DNA of 64,000 nucleotides from assembly GCF_006345805.1 (NCBI RefSeq), contig NC_043016.1, positions 30,876,001 through 30,940,000 of the forward strand, read 5' to 3'. Positions 25,602 through 37,430 of the stretch are shown one piece after another; within the stretch, counting starts at the first letter, position 1; every line of letters begins with the position of its first letter. Position numbers and translations under genes: made by a program. Source of the stretch: Octopus sinensis. Lineage: Eukaryota. The notes beneath the pieces are model-generated. The model ran no database searches, was not told the origin of the DNA, and saw only the letters and a list, made by a program, of their open reading frames with translations.

Positions 25602-26480
25602 CATAAATATAAGAGAGTGACCACCATGTGGTCTACTCTAGCACTAAAAATAGATCCGCAAGGTTTCAGCCACAAAAGAAATTGTTTCCGTTGAAAGTTA
25701 GCACTACTACCAGCACAAATGGACAGGGCAAATAAACATAACAAAATGTAGATTAGTTCGAGACAATTGTTTCGCTATTAATAAATTATGTGCTTTTACT
25801 TACATAAATTCATCTGTAGCTCCTCAGCCGAACCCGTCCAGAATACAATTTACCCGATCGCACGCTAGACTTCACCATAATGATAAACGCACGTGCAGTC
25901 GATTGTACTCGCTGTTATAATTCAAGTGCCCCTGTCATCGCCCGCCAAAATTCACGGAAACAAATACTACATCCAAAATTAAATGCAGCATAATTACAAT
26001 CAACGATAAGGGTGAGAAAATGGGTACTAATTTAATAGCACATCCATTTACCACCAAGTGGCTTAGTGCATAAAAAACCGGATTACGACACATTTTATAC
26101 ATAAATATAAGAGAGTGACCACCATGTGGTCTACTCTAGCACTAAAAATAGATCCGCAAGGTTTCAGCCACAAAAGAAATTGTTTCCGTTGAAAGTTAGC
26201 ACGACTACTAGTGCAAACGAACAGGGCAAATAAAAATAACAAAAATGCAGATTAGTTCATTTGCGCTAGTAGTCGTGCTAACTTTCAACGGAAACAATTT
26301 CTTTTGTGGCTGAAACCTGCGGATCTATTTTTAGTGCTAGAGTAGACCACATGGTGGTCACTCTCTTATTTTATGTATAAAATGTGTCGTAATCTGGGTT
26401 TTTTATGCACTAAGCCACTTGGTGGTAAATGGATGTGCTATTAAATTAGTACCCAATTTTCTCACCTTTATTGGTTGATT
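25602..26480 (-). mobile_element. Non-coding retrozyme/Penelope-like element: 498-nt unit, partial tandem copy, then inverted copy
   Basis: 25602-25759 is repeated at 26100-26258, and 26255-26480 is the reverse complement of ~26000-26220. Flanked by (TA)n, no ORF, contains a hammerhead. Confidence 0.8.
25756..25833 (-). ncRNA. Minimal type-I hammerhead ribozyme
   Basis: Minus strand reads GTTCGG-CTGAGGA-GCTA…TAGC-GAAAC-AATT-GTC^TCGAAC. All core nucleotides are present, with a 6-bp stem I, an extended stem II, a palindromic stem III and a GUC cleavage triplet. Confidence 0.85.
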
Positions 26481-26481
26481 G

Positions 26482-26517
<36 letters not shown>

Positions 26518-27229
26518 AGATATATAGATATAAAACACCATTTGAGTGTGGTTGTTGCCAGTACCACCTGATTGGCCCTCGTGCCGGTGGATGTAAAAGC
26601 ACCCACTACACTCTTGGAGTGGTTGGCGTTAGGAAGGGCATTCAGCTGTAGAAACACTGCCAGATTAGATTGGAGTCTGGTGCAGCCATCTGGATCGCCA
26701 GACCTCAGTCAAATCGTCTCTCTATTTCCCTGTTACATTCTAACCTTTCATCATTTGATACTGGATCATCTCCTCTAATACCCCACCTCTAGTTGCAAGA
26801 CACCTGCTTCTGTCTCTGTGTCTTTGTAACACTGTAACCTTAAGTTTCTCTCCTTGAATGCCCTGCCCCTCTCATAATTACTTGTCTTGTGAGTTACTTG
26901 GTTACCCTACCTGTGCTGGTGCCACGTTAAAAGCATCTAGTTAACACTGTAACATGGTTGATGTTTGGAAGGGTATCCAGCTGTAAAAATTATACCAAAA
27001 CTAACTACACCTGTGCTAGTGCCATGTAAAAAGCACTGAGTCCATTCTGCATAGTGGTTGGTGTTAGGAAGGACATCCTGCTGTAAAAACCCTGTCAAAA
27101 CAGACACAGTAACCTAGGGTAGTTTTTCTAACTGGCTGGCTCCTGTCAACCATCCCACCCATGCATACATGGAAGATGGACACTAAATGATGATGATAAT
27201 GATGATATATGTATATTCCAGAAGATGAT

Positions 27230-27614
27230 ATTTCAACACATTTTTGTATATAGTTACTGTGTGGATAGCTTATTTTTACTAGTTTACGTTCAAAGTGAAA
27301 ATAGAAGAAAATGAGATACATTTTCATCATTTGATGCTTTTTTTTTTTCTGAAAAGGAAAAAACACTATACAAACAGCAAAAACAAATATGTAAGTGCAA
27401 TTTATTGAGATAGTGCCATAACTGAGAGGACTGTTCATAAGTGGTTTGCAAAGTTAATTTAGAGTGAAAATTTTGATCTGGAAAATTGTAAAACGAAGGG
27501 CATCCAGCTGTAGAAACTCTGCCAGATCAGATTGGAGTCTGGTGCAGCCACCTGGTTCGCCAGTCCTCAGTCAAATCATCCAACCCATGCTAGCATGGAA
27601 AGCAGACATTAAAC

Positions 27615-27649
<35 letters not shown>

Positions 27650-28475
27650 CAGCAGACATACAGTTGTTGATGATGACCAGATTGAAATGCTAACCAAACA
27701 TAATCCAATTTAAAAGATATGAGACATTTCAGAGATACTCCATATTCCTCATTTGTGTATTATAAGGTACTTAAAACACTTGGATACATGAATTGCTATG
27801 ATATTTGGGTGCTTCATGATTTAATGGAAAAAATATTAACTGAATTGAAAAAAATTATACCAGCATGGAGAGGAAAAGATCCCAGAAAAAATTAAATGAA
27901 CCACCTTCAATCATTCCAAAAGCTTGTCTGTATCAGAAGAAAGTGATGGTCCATATCTGCTGGGATTGGAAGAGTATTGTGTATTACAAGCTCCTTCCGT
28001 GAAATCAGACATTGAATTCAAACATTTATTGTTCCTAATAAAACCAATTAAAGGCAGCAATTAATGAAAAATGTCCAAAATTAGTCTCTCAGAATGTTGT
28101 TCCCTTGCTTTATAACACTAGATCTCATGTTTTCTTGCTGACTCAACAGAAATTGGCACAACTTGTCTGTAATGTCTTACCATCCCTTTGTACTCCCCTA
28201 AACTTTGACCTTTAGATTGCCACTTATTTTGATCTTTACAGAATTCCCTTAATTCTTTGGAAGACTGTAAAAACCACTTTGACTGGTTCATGAGCCAGAG
28301 AAAAAGACGCCAAATTTTAGAAGAATGGGAACATGAAGCTACTTCAAAGTTGACAAAAGCTAGTGGAACAAAATGGGACATATGTAGACGAATAAAGGCA
28401 TCTAATACAAAATATCTAAATAGTGTTTTAAAATTTCTTCTTAAAATCAGTATGCACTTTTGTTTCAACCCAATG
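27230..28475 (+). mobile_element. Near full-length degraded mariner transposon with a family-B insertion at ~27495-27648
   Basis: ERTVHKWFAK, DIWVLHDL (WVPHEL-like), QKKVMVHICWDWKSIVYYKLLP, DCHLF.SLQNSL…LEDCKNHF…KLVEQNGTY, and TIR-like tttcaacccaat at the 3' end. Confidence 0.9.
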
Positions 28476-29589
28476 TGTGTGTGTGTGCACGCATATACGC
28501 ATGTGCAAATGAGCAGACAATTTAAAAATTATCCAGAATGTTGGTGCTTTTCAAACAAGCAGACAAAATGACAAAGGTCAAAGATTTCACATGCTAGAAA
28601 TAACAGCCAAACGGGAAAATATTTCTTCTTTTTTTTTCCAAATTTCAATTTTTCCAATCATTCTCTCATCCAGTTGTTGCTATAACAATTCATGTCTACA
28701 AAAATATGGAATGCATCACCACATTTGTTTCTACCTATTTCTGACTAGTCTCTACCAAGATATTTAAGTAACTTTTTCCCTGCCCCTTTATTAATGAGGT
28801 GAAATACAGTTATCAACCATATAGCTATGCTTCTTTCACCATAGCGTGTGACTTAGGGGTTAGGGTGTTAGGCTCACAATTGTAAGGTCATAAGTTCAAT
28901 TTCCAGCAGCACATTGTGTCCTTGAGCAATACACTTTATCTAACATTGCTCAAGTTCATTCAGCTGGCAAAAATGAGTAGTACCTTTATTTGAAAGGGTC
29001 AGCCATGTCACATTGTGTATCATGCTGAATCTCCCTGAGAACTACATTAAGGCTACACATGTCTGCGTAGTGTTCAGCCACCTGTACTTTAATTTCCCAA
29101 GCAGGCTGTTCTGTTGATCAGATCGAATGGAAACTTTGTCGTTGTAATCAACTGAGTGCCAGTTATTTCACCATATTTATAGACAAGTTTTAGAACTTTC
29201 AAATATTTTTTTTTTGAGACATTGTGAATTGTCTCCCCCTTTTTCAGTTATAAGAAGCATTCCTAGCACTGCATTAGCATTCACCCCATTTTACTTTCTC
29301 TTACCATGGAAGAGTTTGAGTGTTACATAATTTCGCTTTGAGGGAATGGGTCCTTGCTCTTTGTTATATAATGCAGTGGTTCTCAAACTGACTCACTTCT
29401 TTGCACCATAATGTTAGGAAAATATTTTGGGGCCTCATTTTATTCACAAAAGAAAAACAACAATAGAATTTGTCTTTATATATTTTTTTCTTCTTTGTTA
29501 TGGTATTGCATGTAAATTTTAAATGCTTCAAATGATTTTAATGTTTTTTAACATGGCAATTTGTTTGCCCTCTTCTCAATCATAATAAA

Positions 29590-31400
29590 ACCTGGTCTGC
29601 TAACCAAGAAGAATAAGATATTTAGAGAGTGGTAGAATAACCAGAGCTCCATCTGCAAGAAGGACGTATTCATGTCCTTCCAGGCTCTCTCTCTCAAAGA
29701 GAAATCTGCACAAAGCACAATTCATGGTGGAGTAAAAGGGCAGATGAGGTTCAGATCTATTCTGACACAAATAGCATCAAGCAGTTCTACAATGCCATCG
29801 AGTCTGTCTTTGGTCCCTCGAAACCAAGTATAGCCTCTCTGTTATTGGCAGGTGGATACTCACTCATCAAAGACAAGCAGGGCATTAACAACAGATGGAA
29901 AGAACACTTCAGCTAACTTGTGGACAAACCCTTCACTGTCGATCAGTCAGCACCTGATCAGATCTCTCAGAGTTCAGGACACAAGCACCTCAATGAACTG
30001 TCTTCCTTGTCTGGGGTCAAATCACCCATAAAGCAGATGAATTGTGGTAAAGCATCCAGAAGGATGGCATTCCCAGATAGTGTACAAAACTCTTGACAAA
30101 GAGTCCCTGAAAGTATTCCAGGATGTCCTGATCAGTATCTGAGAACAGAGAGAAGTGCCACCTGATCTTCAGTCTACTGCAATAGTTTCCCTATATAAGA
30201 ACAAAAGCTCATGATCAGACTGCAGGAACTACTAAGGTATCTCCCTACTCTCCATCTGTGGTGTATGCGAGAGATTCGAAATAAGGACACCTACCTTCTC
30301 TTCGCTTGACGGAGACCTCTCAGCGGTAATGGACCCTTCAACGCAGCCCAACCCGAACACTAGAAATAGCAGCTGCTTCTCCCCTACCTTAACAACGTGC
30401 TCACACGTCTAACTCCCTCGGCTGCCTCGATCAAAAAGGTCCAATCTTGCCCTGCCTGCGCACGCGTCACTCCTACCCCTTCTTCTTCCGGTCAGTCCCA
30501 AGTTCCGGTCAGCTCCCCAGCTACTGACGTCATCCCACACCATCACCTGCAAAATTCTAGCCCATCTCATCTTTAATAGACTTATTTCAACATTATCCAA
30601 AAAAAGGTCTTCCTGAATCACTATGCAAATTCCAACCTGAAGGTAATACCATAGAGGTGATCTTCACAGTTAGACAAATGCCTAGAACAGAGCATAAATG
30701 TGTATTTTGTTTTCATCAATCGGACAAAGGCACTTGATATGGTCAACAGATAAACTCCGTGGATTATTCTCAAGAAGTTGGGCTGCCCATCAAAATTTAT
30801 CAACTTCATAGTCTCTTCTATGTCAACATGACTGGAGAGATGCTCTTGGCTGATAAATCTGGTGAGAAGTTCGACGTTTTCAATGGTGTTAAACAGGGCT
30901 GTATACTCGAACCAGTACTTTTTAATCTCTTCTTCACCCAAGTCCAACTACATGCTATCAAAGACCTAAATCTGGACATCAAATACTGTCTGAATGAATC
31001 ACTTTTTAATTTGTGTTGCCCTACAGCCCACACAAAAACCTTTTAGAAGCTCATCATAGAAATGTTCTGTGTAGATGGCCATACCAAAATGGCACAGCAA
31101 GAAAACTACCTTCAGAACATTGAGAGAGTCATTACTGTATCCAGGTAGTTCAGTTTTACAACCAGCCTCAGTAACAGAAGTCCTCCTTCAAATTTCACCT
31201 AACAGCAACCTGCTACAGCTATGCATTATCATCAATGACTCATGACTATTTTCAGATACCTGAGGAGCACTATCTCCAGCAATGGTACTCTTGACAGAAA
31301 AATCATGTCAAGAACCCAGAAAGCAGGTTAGGCACTGGAAGGCTATGGATCAAAGTTCTGCAGTACAAAGACATTCACCTCAGAATTTCTAGAACCATTG
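29590..31400 (+). mobile_element. Degraded RTE (BovB-like) LINE ORF2
   Basis: WWSKRADEVQ…NRWKEHFS, GISLLSI…KILA, LKKLGCPSKF, FDVFNGVKQGCILEPVLFNLFF. Confidence 0.9.
30257..30539. mobile_element. Solo LTR (283 bp) with 5-bp TSD, inserted in the RTE
   Basis: TGTGG…CCACA termini. TSD CCATC at 30252-30256 and 30540-30544. Removing it restores the RTE frame GISLLSITCKILA. Confidence 0.88.
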
Positions 31401-31920
31401 TTGACACTGGCTTATGTTTACTGTCCATTCCCCATATACTGTATTAATATTCCTCGCATTTTCTGTTGCATTGTTGCCTTTATTGAATTCATAAAGCAAA
31501 ATATGCCAAATATGCTCCTTTGTCACTTTCATTATGGCCTTTGAAAAAATGACTTAAAATCGAACTGCACTCTTCAAAACTTGCACTAAGAATAAGTACG
31601 AGGTAAAATTACTCCCTGCTTTTATAGCATGTTGATGCAAGTAGTTTATCCCATTCCCCTATGACTTTTAGTTCAGTTTCTATCTACCAGATCCACTTAC
31701 AAGACTTTGGTCAACCCAAGACTGTATTAGAAGATACTTGCCCAAGTTGCTGCACAGGAGAACTGAACCTTAGACTAGCTTCTCAACCACACAGCCATAC
31801 CTGCACCTATATATGTATATATATATATATATAATTAATGTAGGATAAAAAATTTTTCGAAAAAAAATTTTATCAATGACCAGCATATCAAAAAATACCT
31901 TTAAAGGTTAAATTTATAAA

Positions 31921-32300
31921 TAACTTACAAAATAAGGGCAAAAGAAAAATTCTAATGCCAAATATGCCAAAAAATAGACAAAATTGTCAATAACCATTAT
32001 AATTTATGTGTCTCGAAACAAACTGATAGAAATTTCTAAAAAATCCGTTATTACCGTATTGGTCCCAATTTCGGGGTTAATACATAAGAATTTTCCCCTT
32101 TTCAGCAATAAATACGTAAGACTTAAATGAAATACTTACTCATACCCATGGTTTAACCTTATGAATTAACCCCGAAATTGGGACCAATACAGTAATAACG
32201 GATTGTTTCGAGACGCATAAATTATAATGGTTATTGAAAATTTTGTCTTTTTTTCAGCATATTTGGCATTAGAATTTTTCTTTTGCCCTTATTCTGTAAG

Positions 32301-32303
<3 letters not shown>
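31921..32303. repeat. Fold-back element (arms ~140 bp, 22-nt indel in one arm) flanked by (TA)n
   Basis: taacttacaaaataagggc…ggggttaat is mirrored by attaacccc…gcccttattctgtaagtta. Confidence 0.85.
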
Positions 32304-32365
<62 letters not shown>

Positions 32366-32499
32366 ATATATATACACACACACATATATATATATACATA
32401 TATATATTCTCTAAAATTCAGTCCATGGACTGCGGCCATGCTGGGGTACCACCGTTTACTTTGCTATACTTTCACTAAACCTCATCTGATACATCACAT

Positions 32500-33450
32500 T
32501 TGGTGAATGAGCAAGTTTGATGTTGCTGGCCTCATCTGTGTTTCTTGCCCAGAGGTAGGTTCATCTGGAACTCTACCTCTGGGCAAAAATAAATCTTGAC
32601 AGGAAATTTAATTTTGTTTCAAAAAAGCCTACATTTATGCCATGTAGGTCTCTCAAGCTTTGTGGGAAGAAACTGAAGAGCTGTGGGCCTTTGAAGCCCA
32701 AACTGTTGCAGTATTGGCCATGTTGGGATCTTTGGTACCATACAGTAGCGCCCCATCCTGCTGTTTGTGTGAGTGACAACGCCAAAGTTTGGAACAAGAT
32801 TTTCTAGGGTTTTCCAGATGTATATTACTGCATATCTTTCCCATATTCACTCCAGGAAGTAGAGTCTTAACTCTTTCAGTCTCTCCCAGTAGGCAACATG
32901 TTGCATTGTATTGATCTTCCTTGTGCAGCTTCGCTGGATCACCTCAAATTCCATCATTGATTTTACACTGTTTGATGACCACAGTTGGGAGCAGTAATCC
33001 AGATGGCTGAGAATAAAAGTCCTCCAGAGGACCATCATGGTTGTCCCCCAGAGGACCATCATGGTTGTCCCCCAGAGGACCATCATGGTTTCCTTTTCTC
33101 TTGTTTTGAAAGTTCGAAGGATCCACCCAGTCATATGTCTGCATTTTATTGCTAGCTTGGTAATGTGCACCAAGGAAGATACAATCATTACTCATGTCAA
33201 TGCTCAGGTCACACACTGATTTTGATACAGGGATTGGAATCCCTCCTGGGTCAGTGTATCCTATCTGTTTTCCATTGAGCTTCCAGTGTTGGTAGCACAG
33301 GACTTGGAATTTTCCATCATTAAATTGCATGTTATTTTCCTCAGCCAACCTGTATATTGCATCCAACTCACGTTACAGATGCCCAACATCTCCAGGGTTC
33401 TGTATCTTCTGAGAGGCTTTTGTATCATCTGCGTAGCTAGTATTAGAAAA
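32500..33450 (-). mobile_element. Degraded CR1-clade LINE ORF2 C-terminus with a 24-bp internal triplication
   Basis: GWILRTFKTREKETMMVLW…SHLDYCSQLWS…YWERLKELRLY, with TMMVLWGT repeated at 33024-33090. Confidence 0.88.
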
Positions 33451-33670
33451 GTATACTTAAAAACCAGGATGATGATTATGCAGTATAAGGTGGGGGTTGA
33501 ATGAAAACTATGAGAAAACAAATTTGGTTTTAAATAAAATAAAAATTCAAACAACAGAAAAATTTTTATTACAAAAAAGAATTAAATTTTATTATATTTG
33601 TAAATATATTTACAAATCAAAAAATTAAAATGTGTGAAAATATAGAATTATATTTTTAAAAATTTGTTAG

Positions 33671-33674
<4 letters not shown>

Positions 33675-33737
<63 letters not shown>

Positions 33738-33740
33738 GTG
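33675..33740. repeat. (AG)n microsatellite
   Basis: Direct inspection. Confidence 0.97.
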
Positions 33741-34814
33741 AAGTTAGTATTGCTGTTTTAGTTTTGAGTTGCTGCATACATGCTATTACAAAAAGGATAT
33801 GAGTAGCTCCATATAAATGCAATACCAATTGACACAGACCTGGCTGTGTAGGGCAAAAGTCTGCTTCACAAAGACATCATTTGACTGTGAATGAAAATGA
33901 GTAAATCAAGACTGTGCAGAAGCCCATCAAATAGATCATACTTGTTCTTACATGGTAGAATTAATCTCTCTTCCAGATAAAATACCACCATCTGGCTGTT
34001 AGGTAGGTAGGTAAGTACCTTCAGCAGTATTCACCAAGTTCTGATGCATTTGCATCGGGTCTCCAGTCTTAAGATAAGCTGACCCTGAATTGTCCTGAAC
34101 TTCCTTTTTCTTCCAAGCATCTCAGAGATCATGCAAGAGGTCGAGAAATTTTTTGGAGTACACCATAAAAAAATTAAGGAAAAACTACAGTTTGTAACTA
34201 ATTATACTGAAAGTCTTTTGGAAATTCCACTATATATATATTTAATTAAGATTCTGTTGAATTAGGTACTTAAAACGAGGCACCTTGCTAGGTTAATATA
34301 ATCTTCTAACTCAAACAATATCACTTGAATATTGAATATCAAAACTTGGTGCAGGAGTGTTTGCACTTGATATTCCTGCCATGTGTGCACACAGCGCAAC
34401 CCAGCTGAGTCAAGAGATCTGCACTGGGTAGTTCAGACATGTACTTTATATATAAAGATATTTTCTATAGTATTTCCTAAGTCATAATGACAGAGAAATA
34501 GTTTGATGAAATTTATTTAACAATAAGACAATTCTAATATCAGGATAAATTGTTTCATAATTCAAAAAGATGTACATAATTTATATTATATTTAATAACA
34601 AATAAATTACTTAATGCAGAATTTAAGCTATATCCTCATGTAAAAGAAAGTCTAAGTGAAATACTAAATTCTCAACGTAACATTATATGAATACAAAGTT
34701 AAAATTTCAAAAGATTACTTGAATCCATACATTGTGACTTAAACTTATATATATATATATATTTATTTATTTATGTTATATATATATATATTATATATAT
34801 ATATATATATTTCT

Positions 34815-35026
34815 TCACTCTTTTGGTTCCATATTCCTGTTTCAATTAGTTCTGATGATTATGAAGAATTTGTTAAAATATTTTTGTCATAATTAAACTG
34901 ATGCTTGGAACATAGATTAACAGGAGATTTTGCTGGAAGATTTTAATTGAGATCACTTTAAAACACAAAGTTTGTATTATAGAACCAGGTGTGGCATCAG
35001 GTAGAGGTTGGTATCAAAAGGGTTAA
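34815..35026. mobile_element. Diverged piggyBac-like MITE related to 12796-13016
   Basis: Right end ggttggtatcaaaaggg|ttaa resembles the reverse complement of the 12796 terminus. Confidence 0.6.
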
Positions 35027-35283
35027 TTCACAAACTTTTCTCATAAATTAATATAGCATATCCAACATACCCCATTGGTCTCCCCTTAGTCGTTATGTAT
35101 TCATTATCATAAAACATTCAATTTTTCACAAATACTTTTTTGAAATATCTTCTTCCTGATGATAACAATAGTTTACTTTTCATTAGAATGGTCCAGACAT
35201 AGATTTAAGAATTCAATCTTAGGTATTACAAAATAAAAATAGTGATGAGCAAATTACTAAAACACCCCTCTTTTATTTACAAA

Positions 35284-35476
35284 TCATAAATATAAAGTTT
35301 TCCAGTCAAGGGTGGAAACACGAGATTTTTTACTGTGACATTCCCGGAACACCAGTTTAAGATTATGCCTGGTGAACAAAAGATTATAAATTTTATCACA
35401 TGACAATATCTGCTTTGTTTTTTTCATCTTAGCTGCCTTTAACACCATTGGTATAACAACCCGAGTCTTCTCAATT
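35284..35476 (-). CDS. DFFB: DNA fragmentation factor subunit beta (CAD/DFF40), last coding exon
   Basis: Acceptor tttattacag, phase 2. Encodes IEKTRVVIPMVLKAAKMKKTKQILSCDKIYNLLFTRHNLKLVFRECHSKKSRVSTLDWKTLYL*, aligning to vertebrate IEKKRTIIP…LLFTSENLKLVHIVCHKK. AATAAA lies just downstream of the TGA. Confidence 0.95.
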
Positions 35477-35711
35477 CTGTAATAAAAGTAATCATATGTT
35501 TAGTGTGCATTAATAGTGTTGATAAATATACATAAATAAGACATTAAAAAGAGATATGACAGTTTCTCAAGCTGACCATACGTACATCTCTCATACTTAA
35601 TATTTTACTTGAGAATAATTTTTTCAATATTTCATTTTCGTATTTGGTTTGCAAGGTTCTTTGTGAATTTGCACGTTGAAACAAATTTTGTTGTGTCTAG
35701 GGAGAGTCATT

Positions 35712-36000
35712 ACAGTGATCCCTAGTTTATCGCAGTAGATTGGTTCCAAGACTGGCCGTGATAACTGAATTTCCGCGAAGTAGGGACACCATATTTACAG
35801 TACTTAATGTGTATTTGGACTTTTAAAACCCTCCCTGTACTGTTAACAACCCACCCATTACAGTAGTCTATTAATAACAAGGACAACTGTTAGGCAATAA
35901 AACTTTAGATTAAAAAAAATAAAGATTGTTACTGTTACACAGGCCAGATTTCAAAATAGAAAGCTGTGATTTGTCGTCTCTCTCCATTGCGCCAATCACA
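35712..36000 (+). mobile_element. pogo/Tigger-like DNA transposon 5' end
   Basis: TA|CAGTGATCCCTAGTTTATCGC terminus typical of Tigger-like TIRs. Confidence 0.5.
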
Positions 36001-36149
36001 GCCCATCTTAAGTTCAAATACCCCTGTATATGCTTTTTTGCTATTTTACGCTTGTTTTGTTGTTCCTAGACTAGGAAATAATATTCATTATTAATATTTT
36101 AATGGATTTAATGAAAAATTTTAGGCGTTCATATATATATATATATATA

Positions 36150-36560
36150 TCTTTTACTCTTTTACTTGTTTCAGTCATTTGACTGCGGCCATGCTGGAGC
36201 ACCGCCTTTAATCGAGCAACTCGACCCCAGCACTTATTCTTTGTAAGCCCAGTACTTATTCTATCGGTCTCATTTGCCGAACCGCTAAGTGACGGGGACG
36301 TAAACACACCAGCATCGGTTGTCAAGCAATGCTAAGGGGACAAACACAGACACACAAACACACATACATACATATATATATATATATACATATATACAAC
36401 AGGCTTCTTTCAGTTTCCGCCTACCAAATCCACTCACAAGGCATTGGTCGGCCCGGGGCTATAGCAGAAGACACTTGCCCAAGATGCCACGCAGTGGGAC
36501 TGAACCCGGAACCATGTGGTTGTTAGCAAGCTACTTACCACACAGCCACTCCTGTGCCTA
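36150..36560 (-). mobile_element. SINE family A, young copy (DFFB last intron)
   Basis: Near identical to 17350-17760. Confidence 0.9.
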
Positions 36561-36879
36561 TATTTGATTAAGATTTTATTTTTAGTTACATATATTAACT
36601 AAACCAGTTAATTTTCATGAAACAAGCCATGGCAACTTAGATTTTTCTTCATTTGTTTCAGTCATTTGACTGTGGCCATGCTGGAGCACAACATTGATTT
36701 AACAACTTAATTTTATCTAATTTTTCCATATTTTCAACAGGTAACAGACAATCTGCTTCCGTTGACTCTTAAAATTATTTCTTTTCTGGCATTTACATGC
36801 CTCTTAATTTATCACACACACACACACACATATATATAGGTGTGTGTGTTTATATATATATATATATTTCGCAAGAAAT

Positions 36880-37310
36880 GAAGCCAGAATGCTCCGATGG
36901 ATGTGTAATTACAGTGTTCATACTCGACAGAGTGTAAGTGCCTTGAGAGAAAAGTTGGACCAAAGAAGCATCAGTTGAGGTGTGTAAGAGAGACGTTTGC
37001 GCTGGTATGGTCATGTGGCGAGAATGGATGAAGATAATTGTGTGAAAAAGTGCCACACCCTAGCGGTTGAGGGAACCTGTGGAAGAGGCAGACCCAGGAA
37101 AACCTGGGACGAGGTGGTGAAGCACAACCTTTGAACTTTAGGTCTCACCAAGGAAATGACTAGAGACTGAGACCTTTGGAAGTATGCTGTGCGTAAGAAG
37201 ACCCGGCAGGACAAGTCAGACCATAACCCGTGGCCTCTACCTGGGATGTAGCTGGTCCACTAATGCATACCTTTCCTTCTTGGGACACAAAACTCTAGTT
37301 GTGAAGACCT
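36880..37310 (+). mobile_element. RTE LINE 3' end (DFFB last intron)
   Basis: LRWMCN…ERRLRWYGHVARMDEDNCVKKCHTLAVEGTCGRGRPRKTWDEVV. Confidence 0.9.
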
Positions 37311-37430
37311 GTCGATTTGCTCGACTAAAGGCAATGCTCCAGCATGGCCACAGTCAAATGACTGAAACAAGTAAAAGTAAAAGAGTATAAGAGAAATATA
37401 TTTTTGATGACTAGCAATATTGTTACTTAC

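Noticed and set aside
33990-34170. Minus-strand frame with an in-frame TGA (FLDLLHDL*DAWKKK), considered as a selenocysteine codon
   Set aside because: It is better explained as a decayed mariner transposase segment, and no SECIS-like element was seen.
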